64,000 bases of DNA, taken from contig CAJFCJ010000025.1 of assembly GCA_904063045.1 (NCBI GenBank), forward strand, positions 930,001 through 994,000, read 5' to 3'. Every line of letters starts with the position of its first letter. The stretch's first letter is position 1. A program made the translations under genes and the position numbers. The notes under the pieces are model-generated. The model did no database searches. It worked only from the letters and a program-made list of their open reading frames with translations, and had not been told where the DNA came from. This stretch comes from Dimorphilus gyrociliatus (Eukaryota > Animalia > Annelida). Of this stretch, positions 24,463-37,194 are shown piece by piece.

Positions 24463-27004
24463 TGTATATACACCATTTATTGAAAAGAAAAATAACCTGT
24501 TTAGTTAATGATCAAGTTACTAAAGGCAAGAAATTATTGATAAAAGTCTTTCTGTGTTTAGATGATCTATGATAGGACAATACGTTTTAGCTTTCTTCCT
24601 CCTTTATACCTTCTATCAATATACTGGTATAGTACTGCAATTATATTACTATTTATATTAGCGTTTTAAGTAATAATTTATAGACTGCTTGGTTTTATTA
24701 CTCTCTTTCTCTCTCTCTCTCTACAAAAACTTACTGATTTAATGAATAAAGACCTATTGGATTTAAGATTATTGAAAGAAATTGGATTTAAACGTTTGAA
24801 AGAAAACGATAAAGAAAAGACAAAAATTGCAAAGAGTTTTCATTCTTTTCCATAGAGTGATAGCAATGTTATTCTATACAAACTACTGATTTTATGGGTG
24901 ATGGAAAAAAATAAATCGTGAATAATGAATCGACATAACCAGTATTTGTTCAATCAAGTCAGGGATAAAATATAGAGCTCCATCTATTGGTGAATTTGCA
25001 TCTGTATAATCTTTCCATACATATTATATTATCTATCAAAAATGAAAGAATAACAAATTAGAAAGCGCTAACCCTCCGGAAGAGAAGCCGTAAAACTGTT
25101 CTTTAATTTATTTACCAGCAATGAAAACTCAACAACAGCCAGCGATTCGAAATGAAGTTTATACCAAAGATGGCGTTGTTCTACGCCAAAGAGAGAGAGA
25201 GAGAGAGGTGAGGGGGAAAAGGGAAAAGAAAGAGAAAGTTATGCTAATTAGGGATATTTTATATACTTTTTGATACTAAATTTTCCTTAGATAAAAATGA
25301 AAAAGAAAAGTACTCTTTCAAGCTGGCCAGTTATTTCTTCTCAATTAACGAAACGTATATTAAGATCGTCAACTCCGCAGCTGGCTTCTGCAAATGAATT
25401 TGCCTCCAGTTATTAGAAACATAATTGATATTTGATATGAAAATCTTTTCTATGTTTACTGAAGAAAATTAAATGCTCGAGTGGAGAGGAAAGTTGAAGA
25501 AAAGAAAAGATAATCACAACAACGGTAAATCTTCCCATAAGGGTATCTACCCATATTCGGGCCACGAATTAACATTTAGCTGGTGCTAAGCTTATCGAAT
25601 ACTAATCCAGTCTCGAGGGACCCGAGTTCGTTTTAAATATCCGTTAAGACTTGCCAGTCAAAAATAATAACCGACTTGCAAATGACTTATGACCAGTAGC
25701 GACTCCTAGCCAATATTTTCTTTCTTTTCTAAACCTACTTGTCCATTCTTTCAATAGATCTAATCTCTCCGTCAACTCGACTGCATTGGCTAACCAATGT
25801 AGCAAAAAAGTGAGAGTGACATAATTACTTTCTTTTTTTTTTCCATTTGTTTTTGGCGGGAAAAAAATGAAACTAGAATTACTGAGGAAAAACTTTTTTT
25901 CCTCGTCAACCGCCCTTCAATCTTCTTTAAGAGTATATAGTTATATAGTATATAATCTATATTTCTAACTTGAAGTCCGAGCTCCCAAGAAAATGTAACT
26001 GTCCGCAAGATGGCACTTTAGACGACGTTTAGAACTCGGTTTTTTTAATTCTATATTCATTTTGTAAATATGTTTTATAAGACTTTCCATTGCTCATCAG
26101 TTATCTCCTTTTTTTTCCCTTACTATTTCGGTGGGGATAAAGTTTACTTTACTGTCGAAATATTAACTAGGTGGCGCCTTTTGTTGATTAGGAAAGTTTG
26201 TTTAGCAATATCGGAATTTTTTTTAATTAGTATTGAATGTTTGATGAGTTGGAAAGCTTAAAGAGATAACTTTACGGTGATATATATGTGACTAACTATT
26301 AATGAGGAACTGCATAGAGATGAACTATAGATGTGATTTACACTTTTCTCGTTCTTTTTAGACATTTTCTGTTGACTCCTCCTATTACAGAGAACGAATC
26401 GAAATAAACACGATAATTGGTCACTTCGTTTCCTATTTTTTAATCATCCTTAATAGACTGTTCTTTAAGAACATCGTAATGCTTTTAAACTATACATTAC
26501 ACTGCCTTTTATAAACCAGAGATGCTTTAAAGACGTCTCTTTCTTTCTTTCTCCTTCCCTTTTTTTTAATCCACCTATCATTTTACGTAAATCAGTTTGG
26601 CTATTAATTCGAACAGCTCTTTTCCGATTCCGATTTTATGAAGTTTTCAGTAATTACACTCCTTTTTGATGAAAACTGTAAATTGTATTCAATTAGGCTG
26701 TCAAGCGTCATTTGTTAAGTGAAGCTTGCGGATAAGGACTTATCACCGCAGGGAAAATGATACAAGAGTAGGATACGAAGGGGGAAAAAAGCCACCTCAG
26801 CAAAAGACAAACGAAGGGGACAGAAACCACGAGAGTAGGGAAATAGAGTAAGAAATAACAACGCCACCTGTTGGCGATAGATCTTCGATTTGGGCAGAAG
26901 GGAGAGTAAAAAACGCCAAAGCTCATCAATGTGCACCAGTGCGTGCGCCTGTAGCAACGGAATAACAATCGGCGTGAAAAGTTTGTCACCAACAGCAGTT
27001 TGTA

Positions 27005-30000
27005 ATGCTTTTATCAATCATTTCCTCTTTCTTTCGAGCCACTTTGTGCTGCTTTTTCTTATTTACAGGTTTGTATGATCATTTATAAGTGTAAAAGAGT
27101 AGAAGCAAAGCTTTCATTTTCTTTTTAATTTTGTAACATGTCTAAGTTGAATAAAAGACTTATGGACTTTAATATTGAATGTATTCGTTTATCGATGAAA
27201 GTACAATAGTGTACATATTGAGTAAATTTTCTCTATGTAGATATAAAAGAAAGTACGAAAATACTCCTATCTTTATCTTTCTCGTATTGTTTCATATACA
27301 CATTAACATTTTAATATATTACCTTTCAAGAGTTTTATTGATATTTACTTCAAAACAAAAATAGAAAGAAATTAGTCTTTGTGGCGATAAGATTCAGATC
27401 GTTGAACTAGTTATTGATTAAGAATGATTAGAGATTAGTATATTTACGATTTATGGCGTTTGTAGTAAACTTATCGGGTGAAAGATAAGATATTTAAGTA
27501 CTTTAGACTGGCTAATTTAAAAGTTTAAACCATATTCTCCCTCTTTTTTTTGTATATATCTCACTTTATTGCTTGTTGTGATCTATGTGAAAGGAAAAAG
27601 ATGGATGAAAAGGTAATAAGATGACGCTCTTTTTGTTAATGTTATACAAAAAAATTGTATAAAAATTACACTGTAAAGAAATAAATAAAATAACCTAATT
27701 GGATTGGTAACGTCATCTTTTAAATTATCATTGTACAGTTGTCGAAATGCAATGGGAATGTTATCAATTTCGTTTTATCAAACAATATCAGACTTTTAGC
27801 TAAACATCGCATCGAAAACTAGGGACCATCGACAAATGGAATGGTTAGGAATGCGTTGATAGGAGAAAAGTATGACGATTAAATGTATATGGATTAATAA
27901 AGATAGCACGAGATTGAGTATACTAGTGTAAAAATGTAGGAGCGGACGAAAAGGAATAAAGAATTGAAGAGAAATAGATACAGCCTATTGCCCTTCGTGT
28001 CTATTTGAATAATGGCATGAAACACCGAAAATCCGAGTAAATTATAAAACGACTTATCGTTTGGCAATTTTACAGACTCCAATTCGTGTTTGAAATAGTT
28101 ACTCGACCTACTGCAAAGCCATAGCCAGACAAACAAACCCGCCTAATACCGGCATACTATCGTTTAATTAGCAAATTAGCGACAAATTGTAGGAGAAAAC
28201 TCTTCGCCTGGTACTTTCACTATTAGCACTATTTTCCTTCAACTACTCTCCAAACCTCCTTAGAACTTTTTTCAAAGATCCTAGAGCTGAATAAGAGCCT
28301 TTCCAAGGAGGAAAAAAACCCCGACAAAAACTTGTTTTCCTTCTTCTTTTATTATTGAAATTATTTAACATTTTTCAATTCCGCTAATTGTATAGCTTTA
28401 CTACTGCATTTCTCACCTCTCGACTCAATTAAACCGCAATACTCGATCGATCGTAAAACTATCCAATTTTCAACCTATTTAGCCAATTGAACACTTCGGT
28501 AGATAATGATAAACGGCGACAATTTAACCATCTCGTCTTAACAGATAGATTCTAATATTACTCTATAGTATCTACCATTTATTGGTAGACCGTTTTAAGA
28601 AGGCATTTTGCCGCCCTCGCCCGTCACCCCCCTCCCCCTTTCTACAACAAACATCTGCAACAGGACTAGATAATATCGAAATTTCAGACTGCCTGCAACC
28701 TTCTGATAGTGTTGAAACGAGATCGATGACGCCAGCGCCACGCCTTGGACATGTTCTATAAAAGAAATGGCGAAGAGGGAAGGGAGGGGGGTGGCGAACG
28801 GCCATTTGTTCGAAAAGTTAATATTTAGCGATTACGACTGTCTCTTATCAGCTTTTGATTAGTTTGTCTGATTTCATTTATCAATTTCATAGATAGAAAA
28901 GCATAACTATATTGCTTTGTTATCTTAATCGTGAATCAATTTGTAAACATTTCCTAAGGTTGCGTAATAAAATATAGTATAAAGGAAATAGTAAAGGAAA
29001 GCCGTATAAACGATCATAAAAGATATATAGAATAAAAGACAACTGATTTTGCGTGCTTGCCAATCCTAATTCAGTCTGGGGGATATAAATAATAATAAAT
29101 AAACAACGATAAAAAAAAGGGAAAATCACCAATAATATTCTAAAAGAGAAATGATGCAAAACTCGTGATCTCTCTCCCCTGAACGGATCAGTATCCTTCA
29201 TTCTTTTTACTCTATTGAAATCTCTGAAAAATCTTACGGCTATTGAGTAGAATTTTAATGAATTTTTTCCTTCTCCTTCTCTTGCTCACCGTCTGTCTGT
29301 CTGTCTGATAGTCACCCTCCCCTCTCTTTCTCTCAATCTTTCTATTTCTGTTACTCTTATATAATTTTTTCTTTTTTACTTTTGAAATATGACCAATGGT
29401 ATAGGCCGCCACGCCTCGGTCGTGTTTTGTCAAAATTGCCATCATTTCACTTTCTCGGGAGAGACGATTTTCAATTGAAACTTTCTTTTTCTTCATCAAA
29501 AAGAAGAGAAGAAGAAATTTTCTTTTTTTTTTTCCCTTTTAATGAAAGTTAAAGAAGAAAACAAAAACAAGATTTTTGTCTGATTGTTGAAGAGCGTATG
29601 GAAACTAATCGACAATTAAAATTGGTTAAAGGCTGTTATAAAAACCGGCAACTAACCTTTACCGAACTAACAAACACTAGCGGTTGTTTGTTTCAAAAAT
29701 TTTTTGCAGACTGAAAAACCCTCTTTATTCGCTAAAGTCAATATTTGACGCGGTCATTCATAAGTTGATTGGCGCCTCGTCCCAAAACTCAACCAAATTG
29801 CATTGCCAAGCGTTTATTGCAAATTGAAATAGTACGCCATCTACAAAAAGTCAGGAAATTTTTATCTAAAAAAAAAGCATTGTTAATAGACAATAACATA
29901 TCCATTAAGTACAGTTTTATAGAAACGCTTTTCGACGCCTCAAGAGAATCGCTTAAATTTTTTTCATCCATTTAAAATTCTCCAAACACAGTTTTCTTTC

Positions 30001-33000
30001 GATTTTCCAGCTTGTTTCTTTTTTTTTTCCCCACTTAAGCAGATAATCATTCAATTTACTCTTTACCCAACAATTTAGTTACTTTGGGAGGTCGTCATGA
30101 AGAAAAGTTGATTAATGATATCTTCCATGTAAGGAGGTATAGCGAACTTGCAAGGCCGGTGGAAAATGAAAATGAAGCGTTAGATATCAAGTTTGGTCTT
30201 ACTCTTCAACAGATTGTAGATGTGGTAGGCCGACATTTCCTTTTTTACTATTTTACTAAAAGAATTATTTTAGTTTATCTTTTTTGGTTGTTTGTTTCTC
30301 TATTCCTTTCCGTAGGATGAAAAGAACGAGATGCTTCACACCAATATGTGGCTCAACTACGTAAGTATCTTATTCTCTCTTATTCACCACCAAACTATTG
30401 AAGACGCTGAAAGAAAAAGGAATTCTCATTTGTTTTTTGTAATAGAAACTTTGCTGTATGGGGGAAAAAGATACTTATCGTTTTCTTCCCCTGTTTCACC
30501 TTTAAACGATTTATTACAGGAATGGACAGACTATAATCTCCGATGGAATTCAAGCGACTACGGTGGCGTAGAGAGCATTAGATTACCAAGTACAAAAGTT
30601 TGGACTCCAGATATATTATTATATAACAGGTTAGAAGCTAATGCACGCTTTTTTACAATTTTTTGACTAGTATAATGAGAATAAGAGCATAATTAGCAGG
30701 AACAAATAAGAAAATTTGTATATAGAGATAGAAAAGAGTTTTTCTTCCTTCTGTAAAGGTAGATGTATTCTCATTAGAAAAAAGTCTATAATGTTGTTTG
30801 CTTCCTAAACGAGCTGATAGATGTTTCTAGCTATCAGGAAAAATGATTCCATGTAAATAAGATAGCGCAGCGGGTAATTTCGTCGTCTTCCTGTAATCGA
30901 ATTACTCATACTTCTATTTACTGTATAAATAGCTAGAAAAAAGAGGAATATCAACAAAAAACAACTTTCATTCATAATCGTTCGTTCCTTGTTTCCCGTT
31001 AAACATTAAAAGAAGGATACTAAAACCTCGCTAAGGGAATCATTCATTTCAGCGTGTCTCTCTCGATGACCTTACACTTATTTATCATATTCTCGCCTAC
31101 TAAATTGTTTAGAGAAGAAGAAGGAAAGCGAAATAAAGAATAAAAAAAGAATAGTAGACAGAATTGACGGGTGGGGGAGGGAGGAATGTTAGACGCCCTA
31201 AAAAGAGAGATGTTTCCAACATAATTTATTTTATCCATCATGTAAAAAAGAAATACATCATTCTCTTCTGGAATATCTAAAGAAGAGATATAAACCAAAA
31301 TATAAAGTATATGCTAAGAGTATACTGTATCTAGACTGACCATTGTTTATATAGTTAATGTAATGTAATAAGCGATACATACAATATATCATATTACAGT
31401 ATGTAAAGCATGTAGAGTTGTCGGATAGTCATTGTACTGCATTTAGTGTATTATTGTAAATCTATATAACAGCGCAGTACATGTATCTGATCTACAATTA
31501 CACTGATATTCACTTATATATATATATACATATATTATGAAGTTCTTGTTTCTCATCTAGACATTCAACCCTCAAACTGTCGGATCAATAAATATTACAA
31601 CTGAAAAGATAATTAAATTTGTTGACAACTTAACTGTCACACAAGATTTTTTAAGGTTTAGCCTATATAACATGAATCTTTATAAAATATCCCATAACAA
31701 TAGATTTTCGGGGTAGGGTTAAGAAAAATATGATAACTATTGATTTGTAGTTAGTTGGGTCTAAGATAAGGGCTAGAAAGTTGATAAAAGTAGGTTAAGA
31801 GCTTCAGCTTTGTTAGGGTTTAGGGCTGAAGAGGATTCTTCTGTTATTTAGAATATCACAATGTTGTTAATGAACCAACTAACATATAGAAGATTGTGTC
31901 AAAGTTAACTAGGGTCTACGAGTTGTTGTCTATCCTCTGAGGAGAGTGTTGAGTTGAATATCTAGCACAAGAACTAGAACCGTACACAAATAATCGTTCA
32001 TATTTACAGTACATTCTTTATGTATACATTTGTAAACTCAATTTTTGTGCATTTATATTGGAGATAAATTAAACTAGGCTGATAAAATTCTTCTTAAAAC
32101 AGTGCAGATGAAGATATAGATAGTAAATTCCCAACGAATATAGTCGTTTATAGTACTGGATTATGCAATTGGATTCCTTTAGGACTTTACATCAGCTCAT
32201 GTGCCATAAACATTAAATGGTTTCCCTTCGATGATCAGTATTGTAAGCTGAAATTTGGTAGTTGGACTTACGACGGTTCAAAGATTAATTTAACATCAAA
32301 GAGCGCCGAAATAGGTAGATTAAATTTTCTTTAATAAACATCATCCACACCTTTAATATACTTTACTTACTAGTATTGTGTATATGCTTTGTTTGTATTA
32401 TGATATTTTATATCCAAGTACTCATTAACGTGTATTCAAGATTTTGTTTCATTCCGATAAAAGACACGAAAACCTATCAGCATAGTGGAGAATGGATCTT
32501 ACTAGAAGTTCCCGCCAAGCGTAACATTATCAGATACGAATGTTGTCCCGAAGAGTACATTGACATTACTTTTACGATACATATTAGGAGAAGAACGTTA
32601 TACTACGGTTTCAATCTTATCATTCCATGCGCCCTTATTTCATCTTTAACGTTGCTAACATTTCTGCTACCTCCGGATGCTGGAGAGAAGATCTCTTTAG
32701 GTAAGTAGTTTAGCATAGTGCAAAATTCCACTTATAAATTTGTTTATATGAGGAGTAAGTAAACTATTTCAGGAATTACTATCCTATTATCTCTGGGAGT
32801 TTTCAGTCTTGTTGTAACCGAATCTACTCCTCATACTTCTCTTAATTTTCCTCTTATCGGTAATTCTTAAGAATATTTCGGCTTGACAAGAGAAATTTTT
32901 GCAGTGGTGCTTAATATTTCTCCCTCTTTCTCTCTATCCATTCATCCGTCTGTCTGTCTATCTATCTATCTATCTATCCATCCATCTCTCTCTTTCTTTC

Positions 33001-33322
33001 TCTCTTTCTCTCTCTCGCTCTCTTTCGGTGATTGTCTCTCTTTGTTTTAATAAGTTAATAACTATGTGTTTCAGAGTTTTAAAAATATTCAATTGCTAAT
33101 TATATTTACTTTTTGTTTATTACTGTTATCAAAATGAATAATGGAGAAACAAATTTTTTCTTTGCTTATATCAAATAAATAAATGAAGAAGAGAGAGAAA
33201 AAAAAACATCATACTGGGATAAGGAGCTAGACGGGTGGTGGCTAAGTTTTGGGAAAGAATAATTCGGAGAAAAAAGGCATTGAGCAGCTGTGTATGCTAC
33301 AGATGCCAAGTTAGAGGATAAG

Positions 33323-33361
<39 letters not shown>

Positions 33362-33618
33362 GTATATACTGTATATAAGTATATTATGTAGCAAATGTGT
33401 GAATATCATTATACTATATATAGTAAACAATTGAGTATATACTGTATATTATAAGTACAGTATGTTTATTTTCAATAAGTTTTAACTTTTGGAAACATTT
33501 AACTTATTCGAAGAAAGAAAAGTTCCAGGAAAGACGTTATTTCTTCAACTTTCTTTAATATTTTAAGAAAAAAATTGATAGGAAGTCTGCTAATGTCAGA
33601 AAGTGGAGAGGAAGTATG

Positions 33619-33655
<37 letters not shown>

Positions 33656-35504
33656 GTGAGTTATGTATACTGTATATCTATAAGTATTCGTAAATTAGAA
33701 GGATCGGAGGAGAAAGATAGAGAGAGAGAGAGAGAGACAAATCTTTTGTAACAAGTAACAAATATAATTTCTTTACGAAAAGAGAAGAAAGAAGAAGAGA
33801 TTAAGATGATAATAACGAATATTAATAATAATAGTTAATTTAAAAAGAGAAATGAAAAAGAGAAATGAAAAGGGAGAAATCAATACTATTTTGTTATTTC
33901 AGTTGTTGAAGTATTTTCAACACGTTTCAAATTTTACTTTCTCACCCTAATCAATCATATATATTTATATATTTTATTAATAATAATTAACAGAAATAGC
34001 TATTTTTACCATGCAGTTTACATTAATCTTTCGAAAGACATTCAAAACAAACTAATTGAAATCTTTTAACCCAATATATTAATTATTTGATTATTGCAGG
34101 AATAACAATACTAATGTCTTTGGTCGTTCTTTCCCTAATTGTATCCGAATCAGTTCCAGCGACATCTTTGGCTGTTCCGTTAGTAGGTAATAACTTAGTA
34201 ATTAATTACTCCTTAATTAATAACAACAACAATAATAGTGTGAAAATAAGAGAAAGTAAAATAAAAAGTTCAAAAGCAGAAGCCTGTATCATACACAGCT
34301 GTTGGATATATACGAAATTTGACGTTTAGTCATTATTTTGACTTTTGCCTCTTTTACATATCACTCTTCCCTCTCCCCCCATTCTCTTCCCTCTTCCTGC
34401 TCCTCCTTTTACCTTTCTCCCACCCCTCTCATGCTTCTTCATCTATCAATCACCTTTCGAAACTGTATTTTTGATTAAAAGACATAGAAAAGTATTTAAA
34501 AAAGAAACATAAAAATAAATAGATTCATCTTTCAGCAAATCACGTTCAATCGTCTATTTATTAAGTTAACCAGTATGGTACGGTATGATAATTAGTTTCT
34601 TTCGGCTGTGGTTGAAAATAAACTATATACAAAGAATGATGGCTCTTGCTTTACTTAATACAAGTAAAATAAAAGAAAATAAACCCTATCTAACCTCTCA
34701 ACCTCTAAGTCTTGTTTCATTTTTTTCTGCTTATGATAATGGAGATAATTTCTTTCTTTTGATCTCATAATATAACATTTTAAATATATACACATCTATA
34801 TACAGTATATATATTGTATATATATATATTGTATATATCATATTAATATCTTTATTATATGCTCGCCTTCTCTTTTTCCCTTTATAGGTGTTTACTTTGC
34901 TGCCATTATGTTTATGTGTTCGGTATCGGTCATAATGACCGTACTAGTTCTTAATTTTCACCATAGAAATCCAGATATGTACGAAATGCCCAGTTGGGTA
35001 AGTTAATTGAATAAGAAATTTTATTCAATTATTATTTCTTTCGTTCTCTTTCTTTGAAATATTTAGATAAGAAAAACAGTTTGTGAATGGTTGGCCTGGA
35101 TTCTTCGAATGTCACGTCCTGGTAAAGATATTTCTCGTCAATTCCTTCTGCGTAAAGCCAAGATGCGCGAACTTGAAACCCGCTATCCACCATCCCTAAG
35201 CCTCTTGTCCAATGTTAAGGACGTTGACAATGCGATTCCATTAAACGACTTTCCTCCCCTGAGATCAATTAGAGTCGAAGAAGGAGGTTTTGCATCTGTT
35301 CGCAACGAACTCTTAGCCATTCTTAACGAGCTAAGATATATAACACATAAAATTAAGCACGATAGCGAAGCCTCAGAGGAGATAAACGATTGGAAATTTG
35401 CCGCCATGGTTATAGATAGACTTTGCTTATGGGTGTCGGCTGTTTACATGGCAGTATCCACTCTGGCTATATTCCTCTCTGCTCCGAATATAGCTAATAC
35501 TTAG
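27005..35504 (+). CDS. CHRNA7-like: Alpha7-like nicotinic acetylcholine receptor alpha subunit, ~482 aa per isoform
   Basis: Exons 27005-27068 (signal peptide [21 protein letters not shown]), 30079-30224, 30316-30360, 30520-30629, 32103-32314, 32464-32700, [32773-32859 or 34100-34186], 34888-34997, 35067-35504; 1449 nt in frame. Cys-loop [15 protein letters not shown], loop A PDILLYN, loop B GSWTY, loop C YECCPEEY, cation-selective GEK before M2, [13 protein letters not shown] before M4. Exon sizes 45/110/87/110 match the alpha7 pattern. Confidence 0.96.
32773..32859 (+). other. nAChR alternative M2 exon A (87 nt)
   Basis: tttcag|...|gtaatt, phase 1/1; encodes [29 protein letters not shown]. 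Confidence 0.85.
33620..33657. repeat. (TG)n microsatellite inside the nAChR intron between the two M2 exons
   Basis: Directly visible. Confidence 0.9.
34100..34186 (+). other. nAChR alternative M2 exon B (87 nt)
   Basis: ttgcag|...|gtaata, phase 1/1; encodes [29 protein letters not shown]. Confidence 0.88.
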
Positions 35505-37194
35505 GCCAATTCGCCCGTTTTGTACGAACATTTCTTTATTTATTTTTTTATGCGCACAATTCATTTTCTTAATTAAAGAGTTTGTAAAAAATAAACAAGA
35601 GAGAGAGAGAGAGAGAGAAGGAAAGAAAGAAAGAAAGTAGAAAAGAAGGAGATATGAAAAAGGTTTTTATTACTTCAGATCGTAGATTAACTTAGATTAT
35701 TGTAAAATATAGATACATATAAAAAAATACTCATCTTCTCCTCTAAGGTCAAAGAGAAACACAATGAAGAAATAAAGATACTTAGCAAGTTTATAAGAAA
35801 AAACAAAATAATTTCTTCTTCTTTAATTCTTACAATCTCTTTATTTAATAAGAAAAGTAAATTGTACGCTTTAAGGAAACTGCAACAACAGCAACAACAA
35901 TCATAACAGCATCAACAACAATGACATCAATAAAATAAGCCGCTTAATTGTTTACACATGCACTGTAGGAAACTCCAATGTCCTTCAAATACAATCAATT
36001 TTATCACCCAAAGTCATATATAATTTATCCTAAAAGTAACTAGCAGAAAATTTTTTAAAGGTCAAGCGTATAAACGAATAGATTAACGATTTAACTCTGT
36101 TGTTTGTTAAGAGACCATTTGCTCTTTTATTCCTACCACTTTTGAAACTTTTCTTCATAGCTTTCCTATCAAAAGCAATTTGCTCATCAAAAGCATTATG
36201 CCGACTTTTCACATACACTCTCCTCTTCCTTCATTCCTTGAGCGTGGCCCCTCCACCCCTCCCTTTTCCTCCCCCTTCCCCCTTTCTCAAATTATTCGTG
36301 TCACGTAGGGCATCTGGTTATAGTTCCAACTAGCTTTTTTCCACTGTATTTATACTACTTTGAGATTAGAGGAGAGCAAAAATGACATTCAATTGTCTCT
36401 GTTGTTTTCTCTTGTTCATATCTTGTTTATAAGCTATATTAATACACACCTTTTCACAAGTAGCCTAATACAACAAATCATTAGAGTACTCTCTTTTTCA
36501 ACATCTAATGTGGCGCCATCTTTCTTCTACCGAAAAGTAATTTAGAAAGATGGAGAGAGAGAGAGAAAAGGAAGCAGACAGAAAGGAGACAGAAGAGTGA
36601 GGGACACAGAGATGAGATGAATAAATATAATGAGTCATTCATTCGGGTTTAGGTTTAAACTAAAATAAAAAAAATGAAATTGAAGAAAAAAAAAGACTAA
36701 AGGGAATTGAAGACTTAGAGAGGTAATAAAGGTTTATAAAAAGGAGAAGACATAATCTGCTAGTAGAAGAGATAAAAGGAGAATTAAATAGATTAACCGT
36801 ATCGAATAATATGGGAAAGTTTATCGTAAAGAGAAAAGAAGGCGAAAAGAGGAAATACCCAGCGCCATCTTAAATTGCATTGTGTACATTAACTTTTAAC
36901 TGAGAAAAAGGAAAAAGAAGATATTCTGACTTTATCAACGCTTTCTTCGTTCTTTGTTCTTGTTTTTCTTTCTTTATACGAAAAGACGCTTTACATCATT
37001 CCTTAAATGATACATTTCATAATATTCACAAATCTCCCGTTATATACAATATAATGAAACTGTAGTCGTATCTACTCCACGGTATAGCGTATTTATAAGA
37101 AAAAGTCAAGATCAGATGGAAAACTATATTGGTGTTATATATAGATTTGTTTGTATTGTTAAACATTACTGATTATTTAATACGATGTTGAATA

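Larger units (their letters stand above)
9744..36870. promoter_or_regulatory. Eight dispersed exact AGATGGCG motifs (CTCF- or YY1-like)
   Basis: Plus: 9744, 11939, 16978, 25168. Minus (CGCCATCT): 11960, 29835, 36514, 36863. All non-coding. Confidence 0.5.

Noticed and set aside
26708-27017. Two overlapping ~95-aa minus-strand ORFs
   Set aside because: Non-ATG starts and no motifs; explained as the GC-rich leader and signal-peptide exon of the plus-strand nAChR.
31814-31826. TTAGGGTTTAGGG telomere-like sequence
   Set aside because: Only two imperfect units; expected by chance.
31900-31970. Possible duplicate of the nAChR exon with NIVVY (RVVVYP)
   Set aside because: Match is only a few residues, followed by a stop, with no proper splice sites.
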